Shown here piece by piece: positions 1-8,479 of a stretch of 64,000 nucleotides of DNA (the first letter of the stretch is position 1; each line of letters starts with the position of its first letter). The notes under the pieces were generated by a model. The model worked only from the letters and a program-made list of their open reading frames with translations, made no database searches and was not told the origin of the DNA. The position numbers and the translations under genes were made by a program. The stretch is from an uncultured Chloroflexia bacterium (lineage in GTDB: Bacteria; Chloroflexota; Anaerolineae; B4-G1; SLSP01), in assembly GCA_963751345.1 (NCBI GenBank), contig CAVVUS010000022.1:128001-192000 (forward strand), written 5' to 3'.

Positions 1-536
1 GCTTCTCTCCCGGTTCGAGAGCACCGCTCGGCGTGTACGCGGTCACGGGAAGCCCTACGGTGGATGTGGACACCGTGATTCCCGGCATCTTCGAGGGGCT
101 TCCTATCCGCTTCCTGCAGGATGAGACCGTTACTATCGGCACAGAAGAACAGAAGATCTGCCTGCTGGGGGTGAGAAACACCTACGACGAGGCGCGCGAC
201 GTGCGGGCCCTGCGTTCACTGGCAGCAACCACATCGCCGAGCGGCCTGCGCATCTTGCTCTACCACACGCCGGATCTGATGCCGGTAGCAGCATCCCTGG
301 GAATCGACCTCTACCTGTGTGGCCACACCCATGGGGGCCAGATTCGGCTGCCCCTATATGGGGCATTGGCGACAAGCTCGCGCTGGGGCAAGCGCTACGA
401 GCAGGGGCGGTACCTGGAGCACGAGACGACGCTCTACGTCTCTCGCGGCCTGGGACTTGAGGGGCTTGGCGCACCCCGCGCCCGCTTCCTCGCGCCGCCC
501 GAGGCCATCCTTTGGGAGCTCCGCCCCGCCGGCTGA
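1..536 (+). CDS. Metallophosphoesterase (YkuE/YaeI-like), 5' part outside the window
   Basis: Calcineurin-like C-terminal motifs LLYHTPD, LCGHTHGGQ and YVSRGLG; the N-terminal metal motifs are missing, so the gene starts upstream. Confidence 0.85.
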   Translation, partial: FSPGSRAPLGVYAVTGSPTVDVDTVIPGIFEGLPIRFLQDETVTIGTEEQKICLLGVRNTYDEARDVRALRSLAATTSPSGLRILLYHTPDLMPVAASLGIDLYLCGHTHGGQIRLPLYGALATSSRWGKRYEQGRYLEHETTLYVSRGLGLEGLGAPRARFLAPPEAILWELRPAG

Positions 537-649
537 CGGGTCCGCCCACCTTGTGGAGGTTGAGCGGCATACCGCGTGGACAAGGCGCCCTCGCTCCATA
601 GATCGTCTGCACCAGAACTCGCCGCGCCAACCTTCGCCGGGTCTCACGA

Positions 650-677
650 TTGACGTTAGCTGGTTTTGCGGTAGGAT
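650..677 (+). promoter_or_regulatory. sigma70-type promoter of rnpB
   Basis: TTGACG (650-655), 16-nt spacer, TAGGAT (672-677), about 20 nt upstream of the P1 helix. Confidence 0.6.
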
Positions 678-698
678 AGCAGTAGACACGTCGTTTTG

Positions 699-1128
699 AA
701 CCTGAGTTGGCCGGGTGGTCGCGGCCCCAGAACGCGCTGCGTGCTGGGGGTGAGGAAAGTCCGGACTCCAAAGGGTACGATGCCGGGTAACCCCCGGGCG
801 GGGAGACCCGCGGACAGGGCCACAGAGACATACCGCGAACCCGGGCGTGATCCCGGGCCGCAAGGGTGAAAAGGTGGTGTAAGAGACCACCGGCGCACGG
901 GGTAACCGGTGCGGCCAGGCAACCCCCATCGGGAGCAAGGCCAAGCAGAGGGAAGAGCCAGAGGCTGGGGCACGACCCGTGCCCTTCCCAACACGGCTGA
1001 AGGCCGCGTTGGGACGACCTTCGGGTAGGCTGCCCGAGAGGACGGGTAACCGTCTTCCTAGATAGATGATCACCCCGCCGAGGGATCCCCTCGGCGGACA
1101 GAATCCGGCTTATAGGCTGACTCAGGTT
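699..1128 (+). ncRNA. rnpB: RNase P RNA, bacterial type A
   Basis: Conserved GAGGAAAGTCCGG and ACAGAATCCGGCTTAT (P4). P1 AACCTGAGTTGGC/GCTGACTCAGGTT, P2 GGGTGGTC/GATCACCC, P13 GGTGGT-GTAAGAG-ACCACC, P18 with GTAA loop, and a P19 hairpin. Confidence 0.98.
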
Positions 1129-1140
1129 TTCTAACTGACG

Positions 1141-1168
1141 TTGCTAAGCACCTGATCTGTGGTATGAT
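1141..1168 (+). promoter_or_regulatory. sigma70-type promoter of rpsF-ssb-rpsR
   Basis: TTGCTA, 16-nt spacer, TATGAT with an extended -10 (TGnTATGAT). Confidence 0.6.
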
Positions 1169-1190
1169 GTCGCGGTGTGTTAGTGACGGG

Positions 1191-1236
1191 CTTTCTGCCC
1201 TTAGCAAACAGACGAGGGCAATCCCATAGGAAGGAG
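1191..1236 (+). promoter_or_regulatory. Putative S6:S18 ribosomal protein leader
   Basis: CTTTCT pairs with AGGAAG at the SD. Inner stem GCCCT/AGGGC and an unpaired CCCA bulge; lies directly upstream of rpsF. Confidence 0.6.
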
Positions 1237-1247
1237 ACAATTCCGTC

Positions 1248-1664
1248 TTGGAGACACGAAACTACGAGTTGATGTTTATTGCCGACGCTGGACTGAGCGA
1301 GGAGGGCTTGGATGCCGTCCTTCAACGAGTTCAGCGGTACCTGGAGGGTGCAGGAGCGCAGGTGTTCAGCTTCAAGAGCTGGGGCTTGCGACGGCTGGCC
1401 TATACAATTGGCGGACAGCACGAGGGGCGCTATTACCTCGCCCAGTTTGCCACTCTCCCCGAGACAGTCAATGACCTGGATCGGAACCTCCGCTTGGTTG
1501 AGGGTGTGCTGCGTCACCTCCTGACGCGCGTCGACGAGTTGCAGATTCCCGAGAGCACCGAGGAACCCGCTGCGGCGGTACCTGCGGCAGCCCCCCCACC
1601 CGAACCTGAACCCGAGACCGCTGAGGAATCGTCGGAAACTATCGAGGCTACCACAGAAGCATAG
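1248..1664 (+). CDS. rpsF: 30S ribosomal protein S6 with acidic C-terminal extension
   Basis: RNYELMFI, WGLRRLAYTI, EGRY and VLRHLL motifs; TTG start after AAGGAG; synteny with ssb and rpsR. Confidence 0.97.
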   Translation: METRNYELMFIADAGLSEEGLDAVLQRVQRYLEGAGAQVFSFKSWGLRRLAYTIGGQHEGRYYLAQFATLPETVNDLDRNLRLVEGVLRHLLTRVDELQIPESTEEPAAAVPAAAPPPEPEPETAEESSETIEATTEA

Positions 1665-1694
1665 GTGCTGTAGCCAGCCCAAGGACTCCCCAAC

Positions 1695-2087
1695 ATGACA
1701 CGTGGCCTGAACAAGGTGATGATCATCGGGCATCTTGGACGCGATCCTGAAATGCGATTCACCGCGAGTGGGCGACCTGTTGCCTCTTTCAGCGTCGCCA
1801 CGATGCGGGGCTGGACCAACAACGACGGAGACCGTCAAGAAGAGACAGAGTGGTTCCACGTCGTCACGTGGGGAGGGCTGGCGGAGCTCTGCAAACAACG
1901 GCTTCACAGGGGTTCACAGATATACGTTGAGGGTCGACTGCAGACCCGCTGCTGGGAAGGTCCTGATTGCGAGCGTCATTATCGAACTGAGCTGGTGGCC
2001 CAGGAACTTATCTTCCTCGATGGTCACGACAGTTCGGCTGACTTCGATGACGAAGACGACGACTACGACGCCGCAGATGTAGAGTAG
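1695..2087 (+). CDS. ssb: Single-stranded DNA-binding protein
   Basis: LNKVMIIGHLGRDPEMRFT, ETEWFHVV and GSQIYVEGRLQTR. Confidence 0.97.
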   Translation: MTRGLNKVMIIGHLGRDPEMRFTASGRPVASFSVATMRGWTNNDGDRQEETEWFHVVTWGGLAELCKQRLHRGSQIYVEGRLQTRCWEGPDCERHYRTELVAQELIFLDGHDSSADFDDEDDDYDAADVE

Positions 2088-2109
2088 TTAGAACAAGGAG
2101 ATCGAAAGA

Positions 2110-2361
2110 GTGAGTGATTACCGACGCAATCGAAGGCGCTTTTCGTCCCGTCAGAAGGTTTGCCAGTTCTGTAGCGAAGGCGCAGAGAGTATCGATTACA
2201 AGAATGTAGGGCTACTTCAGCGCTTCGTCAGCGACCGGGGCAAGATTCGGCCTCGGCGCCAGACCGGTACCTGCGCTAAGCACCAGCGGGTATTGGCCGC
2301 TGCGATCAAGCAGGCGCGGCACATTGCCCTGCTGCCTTTCGTAGCCGAACTCGAGCGTTAG
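2110..2361 (+). CDS. rpsR: 30S ribosomal protein S18 (Zn-binding form)
   Basis: [26 protein letters not shown] and ARHIALLPF. Confidence 0.98.
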   Translation: MSDYRRNRRRFSSRQKVCQFCSEGAESIDYKNVGLLQRFVSDRGKIRPRRQTGTCAKHQRVLAAAIKQARHIALLPFVAELER

Positions 2362-2378
2362 GTTGGCGAACACGTTTC

Positions 2379-2416
2379 ACATCGGGCATAGGGTCTGCCT
2401 ATGCCCGATGTTTTTG
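2379..2416 (+). terminator. Intrinsic terminator after rpsR
   Basis: 14-bp stem ACATCGGGCATAGG/CCTATGCCCGATGT followed by a T run. Confidence 0.85.
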
Positions 2417-2445
2417 TAGAAATCATGTCGTGAGCATATATCAGT

Positions 2446-3708
2446 ATGGCAAAGCAAACTCAAACACATAGGCAACTAACACGCAAACAGGTCGCTCGAC
2501 GCGAGAGAGAGCACCGCGCACAGCAGATTATGACGATGTCGGCTATTGCTGTCGGTATCCTCATCGTCGGCATTCTCGCCTACGGTGTCATCTCCGAGGT
2601 CTTCATCAAAGCGCGAAAACCGGTTGCTCGCGTTGGTGACGTGACCATCACCGCTCAGGAGTTCAAGAACCGGCAGTCTTACGAGCGGTGGATGACACAG
2701 CTGCAGATCTACCAGTACGATAGTCTCCTGACCCAGTTGGGCGGACAACAGTCCAGTGCTTCAGGGACGATCACCGGCACAGAGCCAATATCCCCGACCA
2801 ATAGCAGCACGACGTCGCTGGTTCAGCAACTCCAGGCTCAGGTCACCACTCTGCAGAACCAGCTCTCGCCGGATCTATCCAACGTGTACGGCGGTCAGGT
2901 ACTGGATTCGATGATCGAAGAGGAACTCGTCCGGCAGGAAGCCGATGCGCGTGGCATCACGGCAACGGACGACGAGGTCCAACAGAAAATCGAGCAGTTG
3001 CTGGGGTACAGCGCAGATACGGCTGCCTCAAGCACGGTCACCGACACCACGACACTGACCGACACAACAACGATCACCACGCCGACGGCCACCACCCCAA
3101 CGACGACGACGGCAGCCACGGCGACACCCGTTGTCCAGACCTTCGACGAGCTCTACGCACAGTTCAAGACGAACGTGCTCGACGTCACCCGATTCTCGGA
3201 ATCGGATTTCCGGGCGATGATGAAGGCCCAGGTACTCCGCGACCATCTTCAGAACCAACTCTCCGATGGCGTGAGCAGAATCCAGGATCAGGTGGAAACC
3301 ACGCTTTTCGTCCTTCCTACGGAGGAAGAAGCCACGACGATTCAGACGCGGCTCAATGACGAAGGCGCCGATCCGGCTGCGATCGTCGACGAGTTGACCG
3401 CAGACACCAACGATGCCACAGCCGGCTATACGCTGCCCTGGCTACCGCTAGGTTACTTGAGCAGCCAGGTTAGCGCGGATGTCGAGCGGGCAGCCTTCAA
3501 CACGCCCGTGGGCCGGGCCTCCGAGCCGATCCTCGGGGCTACCGACGGACAGTACTACGTGGTATTCGTACAGGGCCACGAAGAGCATCCGCTGAGCTCC
3601 GACCTCCTGACTTCGGCCGAGCAACAGGCCTATGACGAGTGGTTGACTCAAGCCCGAACCGATCACGCTCAGTATCTGGATTGGGAGAGCGCCGTCATCA
3701 CCAGCTGA
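2446..3708 (+). CDS. Membrane-anchored SurA/PrsA-like foldase (SurA N-domain, Thr-rich linker, degenerate parvulin domain)
   Basis: N-terminal TM helix; PVARVGDVTIT; VLDSMIEEELVRQEADARGIT; AAFNTPVGRASEPI. Confidence 0.75.
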   Translation: MAKQTQTHRQLTRKQVARREREHRAQQIMTMSAIAVGILIVGILAYGVISEVFIKARKPVARVGDVTITAQEFKNRQSYERWMTQLQIYQYDSLLTQLGGQQSSASGTITGTEPISPTNSSTTSLVQQLQAQVTTLQNQLSPDLSNVYGGQVLDSMIEEELVRQEADARGITATDDEVQQKIEQLLGYSADTAASSTVTDTTTLTDTTTITTPTATTPTTTTAATATPVVQTFDELYAQFKTNVLDVTRFSESDFRAMMKAQVLRDHLQNQLSDGVSRIQDQVETTLFVLPTEEEATTIQTRLNDEGADPAAIVDELTADTNDATAGYTLPWLPLGYLSSQVSADVERAAFNTPVGRASEPILGATDGQYYVVFVQGHEEHPLSSDLLTSAEQQAYDEWLTQARTDHAQYLDWESAVITS

Positions 3709-3792
3709 CCCAGTCGAACGAAGAAGTTCGTGGTGCTGCGGCAGGCGCCCATGGCCACCGCCTCACATTCAAGCCCACAGTCATACACACAC

Positions 3793-3820
3793 AAACCGGG
3801 TCCCCCAGGGGACCCGGTTT
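3793..3820. terminator. Bidirectional terminator between convergent genes
   Basis: Perfect stem AAACCGGGTCCC/GGGACCCGGTTT. Confidence 0.75.
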
Positions 3821-3844
3821 CCATTTGCCAAAGCGTTTCCCTGG

Positions 3845-6031
3845 CTAGACGGTCCGGCGCGCCTCGATGACATTGGGGAGTTGCTCAATCTTGGACATGA
3901 TCCGCGTCAGCGTCTTGAGGTTGGGGATCTCCAACGTCATATAGACGGGGATAATGTTGTAGCGGTCCCGCTTGCCGGTGCTGACGGCGGCCATGTTGAT
4001 CTTGCGATCGGCCACAACGCCGGAGATATCGTGGATCAGCCCCGACCGATCATAAGCCGTGACGGTAACTTGAACGGAGAAGGTTCGCTCCTCTTGGCCC
4101 CACGACACCTCAATCAGCCGATCCTGGTCGTTCTGTGGCATATTAAGTACGTTGGCACAATCACGGCGATGGATGGTGACGCCCCTGCCCCTGGTGATAT
4201 AGCCGATGATCTCCTCACCCGGAAGAGGGTTACAGCACTGTGCCAGGTGGGTGAGCACGCCGCCGGTACCGCGGATACTGATCCCCGTGGTCTCGATCTC
4301 GGGAGCCGGTGGGACGATCTCCTCCTCTGTCCACGTCTCTTCCTCATCCTCACGCTCGCGCACATATTGCTCAAGACGGTTGACCACGGCATCGCTGCTG
4401 AGATCGCCCATCCCCAACGCCGCGAGGAACTCATCGGTACTATTGAAGCGACGATGGAAGAGCTCTCCCACTGCCTCGGCCGAGAGACCCAAGGAGAGCC
4501 GTTTCACGATACGCTCCACGATTTCGCCACCACGAGCGATGTTCTCCTCGCGCCCCTGGCGGCGGAACCACTGTCGGATCTTCTGGCGTGCCCTGCCGGT
4601 CGTGACAAAACCCAACTCCTCGCTGAGCCAGTCACGGCTTGGCCCACCCTTACGACCCAGGATGATCTCCACTTGATCCCCGGTCTGTAGCGTGTAGTCC
4701 AGGTTGGTCCAGCGACCATTGACTCGGGCACCTCGACAGGCGTGTCCGACCTCGGTGTGAACGTAGTAGGCGAAATCCAGCGGGGTGGCGCCGGCAGGCA
4801 GGTCGATTACCTTACCCTTGGGCGTGAAAGCAAAGACACGATCCTGGAAGACGTCCAAACGGATCGAGTCGATGAAGCTGCGCGCATCCCGCTCCTCGTG
4901 CGTCAACTCCTGGACGCTCTCACGGATCGACGAGATCTGGTCCATCAACTGGGAGTTGACGTGCACACCACTCTCTTTGTAGCGCCAATGCGCAGCAAAG
5001 CCGTATTCCGCGAAGTAGTTCATCTCGTGCGTGCGAATCTGGATCTCCAATGAAGATCCGTCCTCCCCAATCACCGCCGTATGCAGGCTCTGATAGCCGT
5101 TAGGCTTGGGGTGGGCGATATAGTCGTCGAATTCGCCGGGAACCGGCTTCCAGAGTCGGTGAACGATGCCCAATACCTGGTAGCACTCAGGTTCGCTACC
5201 GACCACCACTCGCAGGCCCTCGACGTCGTAGATGTGAGCGAAGGGCACGTTCTTGCGACGCATCTTGGAGTAGATGCTGTAGATGTGCTTGGGACGTCCC
5301 TTGATGTCCGCGGGAATGTCGGCTTCGGCCAACGCCTTACGCAGCATATTGGCGTGGTAGCCTACCCGCTCCTGACGAAGATCGCGGCGAGTTGCCAACA
5401 GATCGGCGAGCTGATAGTAGGTCTTGGGATTCAGGTAACGAAACGCCAGATCCTCCAACTCGGCCTTCCAGACCCAGATGCCGAGGCGGTTCGCGAGCGG
5501 GGCGAAAATCTGCAGCGTCTCACGCGCCATCCGCACCTGGCTCTTGGGCGATAGGTACTCGAGGGTGCGCATGTTGTGGAGGCGATCGGCGAGCTTGATG
5601 AAGATCACGCGAATGTCATCATTGGCCATCGCCAACAGGAGCTTGCGGAGGCTCTCCATCTCAGCCAGATTACGCTCGTGGGCATCATCGCCCTGCACGC
5701 GCTTCTCCACGCGCTCCAGCTTCGTGACACCCTCGACCAGGACCAACACCTCGTGGCCGAACTCAGCCTCGATCTCCTCGCGGGAGATGTCGCTATCTTC
5801 CAGAACGTCATGCAACAAGCCAGCGGCAATCACCGCTGGCTCGAAGTTGAGTTCCGCCAGAATGTGGGCCACATTCAGCGGATGGATGAGATAAGGCTCG
5901 TCGGACTTCCTGAACTGGCCCGCGTGTGCCCGCTCGGCCATCGCATACGCGCGCCGAATCAGGTCGCGTGCCTCGGTCGCCGCAACGCCCTCAGGAAGCT
6001 CCTGAAGTATCTCCGCAAGCTGAACACCCAC
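3845..6031 (-). CDS. rel: Long RelA/SpoT homolog, (p)ppGpp synthetase/hydrolase
   Basis: HD domain (EPYLIHP, LLHDVLED, KLADRLHNMRT), synthetase (GRPKHIYSIY, NGYQSLHT), TGS (DFAYYVHTEVG), CC (CCNPLPG) and ACT domains. Confidence 0.97.
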   Translation of the reverse strand: MGVQLAEILQELPEGVAATEARDLIRRAYAMAERAHAGQFRKSDEPYLIHPLNVAHILAELNFEPAVIAAGLLHDVLEDSDISREEIEAEFGHEVLVLVEGVTKLERVEKRVQGDDAHERNLAEMESLRKLLLAMANDDIRVIFIKLADRLHNMRTLEYLSPKSQVRMARETLQIFAPLANRLGIWVWKAELEDLAFRYLNPKTYYQLADLLATRRDLRQERVGYHANMLRKALAEADIPADIKGRPKHIYSIYSKMRRKNVPFAHIYDVEGLRVVVGSEPECYQVLGIVHRLWKPVPGEFDDYIAHPKPNGYQSLHTAVIGEDGSSLEIQIRTHEMNYFAEYGFAAHWRYKESGVHVNSQLMDQISSIRESVQELTHEERDARSFIDSIRLDVFQDRVFAFTPKGKVIDLPAGATPLDFAYYVHTEVGHACRGARVNGRWTNLDYTLQTGDQVEIILGRKGGPSRDWLSEELGFVTTGRARQKIRQWFRRQGREENIARGGEIVERIVKRLSLGLSAEAVGELFHRRFNSTDEFLAALGMGDLSSDAVVNRLEQYVREREDEEETWTEEEIVPPAPEIETTGISIRGTGGVLTHLAQCCNPLPGEEIIGYITRGRGVTIHRRDCANVLNMPQNDQDRLIEVSWGQEERTFSVQVTVTAYDRSGLIHDISGVVADRKINMAAVSTGKRDRYNIIPVYMTLEIPNLKTLTRIMSKIEQLPNVIEARRTV

Positions 6032-6121
6032 TGTCTTCCCTCTCCCCCACTCCCCCGGCTGTGAGTTCAGTTATATCGGGGGGGAGGGGAAAGTCGAGCT
6101 GCAGCTATGCCGGCGCGGCGC

Positions 6122-6611
6122 CTAATCCTGCACCATCGCGGTATCGTAGTAGAAGCCAACCTGCGGAATGGACTCTGCCCTCGGGGCCACGATATCCCTG
6201 AGACGAGAGATCACCCAGCGGGACCGTGGTTGCATCCACATCAATGGTCAGCCCGATGCGATGGCCTGCTTCCAGCAGCATGGCCAGCCCAACGCTGAAC
6301 CGACCGTTTTCGTCGATCTCGTCCGTCCCTACAAATTCTCCCATAAAGGTCACATCCTGGAGGACGATGACCACGTTCGGCGGACCTGATCCGGTGATCT
6401 TCGTCGCGCCGGCCCGCAAAGGGCGATCGAGTTCAAACGGTACGATCGCCGGCGTCGGTGCCTTGGTCGCGTTGAGGGGCGACGCCGATGGGCTCACGCT
6501 GGCGCCGAGCGGGCTCTCAAGCGTCTGAGGCGTTGATGTAACCGTATGACAGGCGGATATTGCCAAGACAAGCAATCCGCACCGAAGGAACGAAGTGATC
6601 CAGCTTTTCAT
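6122..6611 (-). CDS. Putative lipoprotein, likely frameshifted near the 3' end
   Basis: Signal peptide with lipobox ISAC, Pro/Ser/Thr linker, beta-rich body. An alternative frame gives a plausible end (...VGFYYDTAMVQD*). Confidence 0.55.
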
Positions 6612-6725
6612 CCTAACTCCTTCTTCAGACGTTAAGTGCCAGTATCATACCACGATCCGACCGCGAGGGCCACAGAATGGCAGGAGAAAACAACACAAGT
6701 GTTGCCAGGAATTCCCTACTTTCAT

Positions 6726-6760
6726 GACAGAACCACCCACAGCGTGTGGGTGGTTCTGTC
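6726..6760 (-). terminator. Hairpin, probable terminator of the secreted repeat-protein gene
   Basis: 15-bp perfect stem GACAGAACCACCCAC/GTGGGTGGTTCTGTC, 30 nt after the stop codon. Confidence 0.7.
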
Positions 6761-6790
6761 TGAGCTTACGTGAACTACGTGTCGCGCAAA

Positions 6791-8278
6791 CTAGGGGGTG
6801 AGATTGAAGCCCTCGTAGTTATTCTTGTCCTGTAGCAGTGCTGCTCCCGGATAGACTGCCTCGTTGGCGATAGCCACGATGTTCTGATCAGCCGTGATCG
6901 TAACACCATAGGTCGAGTTGCTAGGAGCAGTCGTGCTGGCCCACACAGATGCGTCCTCGCTCAACCGCGAGAGCTCGACGCTTGCACCCCGCCGCAATCG
7001 TCATCGGCTTTGTGGTGTAGGTGTTACCCGCGGCGGCTCCCGCCGAACCGATGAGGGTGACGACGACATTGGTCGCCGGCGTGCTGCTGACGTTCTGGAT
7101 CATCAAGCCGGTGTACTTGCTGAACCTATTCTCCTTGTACATCGGCACACCGACCTTGGTCGTTGTCAACGCCTGCGAGAACGCCGAATAGGTCGTCGAA
7201 GCCTGGTTTTGTCCGGCGGGGATCTTGCCAGCCACGTAGCTCTCACTCACAACGGCCACGATATTGCGCCGGTGGCCTCGATCTGGCGGACGCGGCACAG
7301 TTATCGATCATCGCGCCATCTTGTCCGGCGATCTGGTTGAAGGTATGCGGAGCACCTGCGGCCAACCCGTTGAACACTCTGACATAGTGCGGCTGTCCTG
7401 CACAAGCACCACGAGACCCACCAAGGGTGCCCGTAACGTTGACCGGGGAAGAGCCCACATTCTGGACCTGAATACCCGTAAACCGACCAAAGCGATCCTG
7501 CTTACTGTCGGAGCGAAGACCGCGGTGTCGAAGTCATTCGCGGTGAATCCGCGGGTGCCCTGGAGCAAAGTCGCGGGGCTCTCACCGGTGTTGTACTCCA
7601 TCACCACACCTGCAAGCGGCTGGCTTGAGGTCACTTTGAGACTACCGATGTTATTACGGTTGGTGCCCGTGGCCGGAACCAATGCATCAGCAGGTGTCAC
7701 GACGACCATCTGGCCAGGCCCGATGGGAGGTGTCGTGTAATTGTAGGGAGTGCTATCATCCATCGTGAAGACGCACGTGGCCGTGGCCGCCGTGCTGCCG
7801 GCGTTCTGGATGTAGAACGAGGTCGTCTTGCCATAGCGGTTATTCTTCGCCATTGGGAAGTAGAGCGTGGTGTCGACGGCCACCCCGTCGATTCCCTGAT
7901 ACTGGGCGGCGGCCTGACCACCGGCCACACCTAGGCCACCGGACTCGCGGTTTGTCACGTTCACGATCGCCTTGATGGGCTGGTCAGCACTCACAACCGC
8001 CGACCCATTGAAGCCATCCGGCATGGTGGCGAAGTCAGAGGGAATAAAGTTCCTGGCCTCATTCGGCGCAAGCGTGTCCGTGGCACGTAGGTGGACGAAC
8101 TGCCAGCATCGTAAGCTGTGACAATCAGCGTAGCGCTGGAGCTGCTGACGTTCTGGATCATCTCACCAGACCACCATCCACCGCCTGGTACACTCGATGC
8201 GCTCTGTGCACCCACCGCTCCGACGAGCACAAGTGCCAATGTCAGAACCAAACCCACCACTGAGTAGCTCTTTCTCAT
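6791..8278 (-). CDS. Secreted protein with four ~120-aa '[IV]QN' beta-domain repeats (candidate surface-layer protein), split by several indels
   Basis: Signal peptide MRKSYSVVGLVLTLALVLVGAVGA. ORFs 7991-8323, 7308-8024, 7243-7458, 6921-7298 and 6791-6997 join into one protein with recurring MIQNV/YIQNA motifs. Confidence 0.7.
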
Positions 8279-8479
8279 TACATTACTCCTCTCCAATTTG
8301 GATATCGTACACTTCGAAGACAAATGCTGTAGCTAATTGGGCATCCCGACATGATCCCTGCCCTGCTCTCTGGTGAAACAGCGGGTCCATCTGCCCGTCA
8401 AACAACTATAGGGTAACAGAATGGATCCAAGATCTCAATAACCCGAGTGGGTTATTCCGCGCCAAAGTCCTATACCGAC

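Noticed and set aside
133-1073. Minus-strand ORFs 133-831, 354-1073 and 656-994
   Set aside because: They are antisense to rnpB and the phosphoesterase and have no protein motifs.
3030-3130. ACG/ACC-rich tract as a DNA repeat element
   Set aside because: It is explained by the Thr-rich protein linker.
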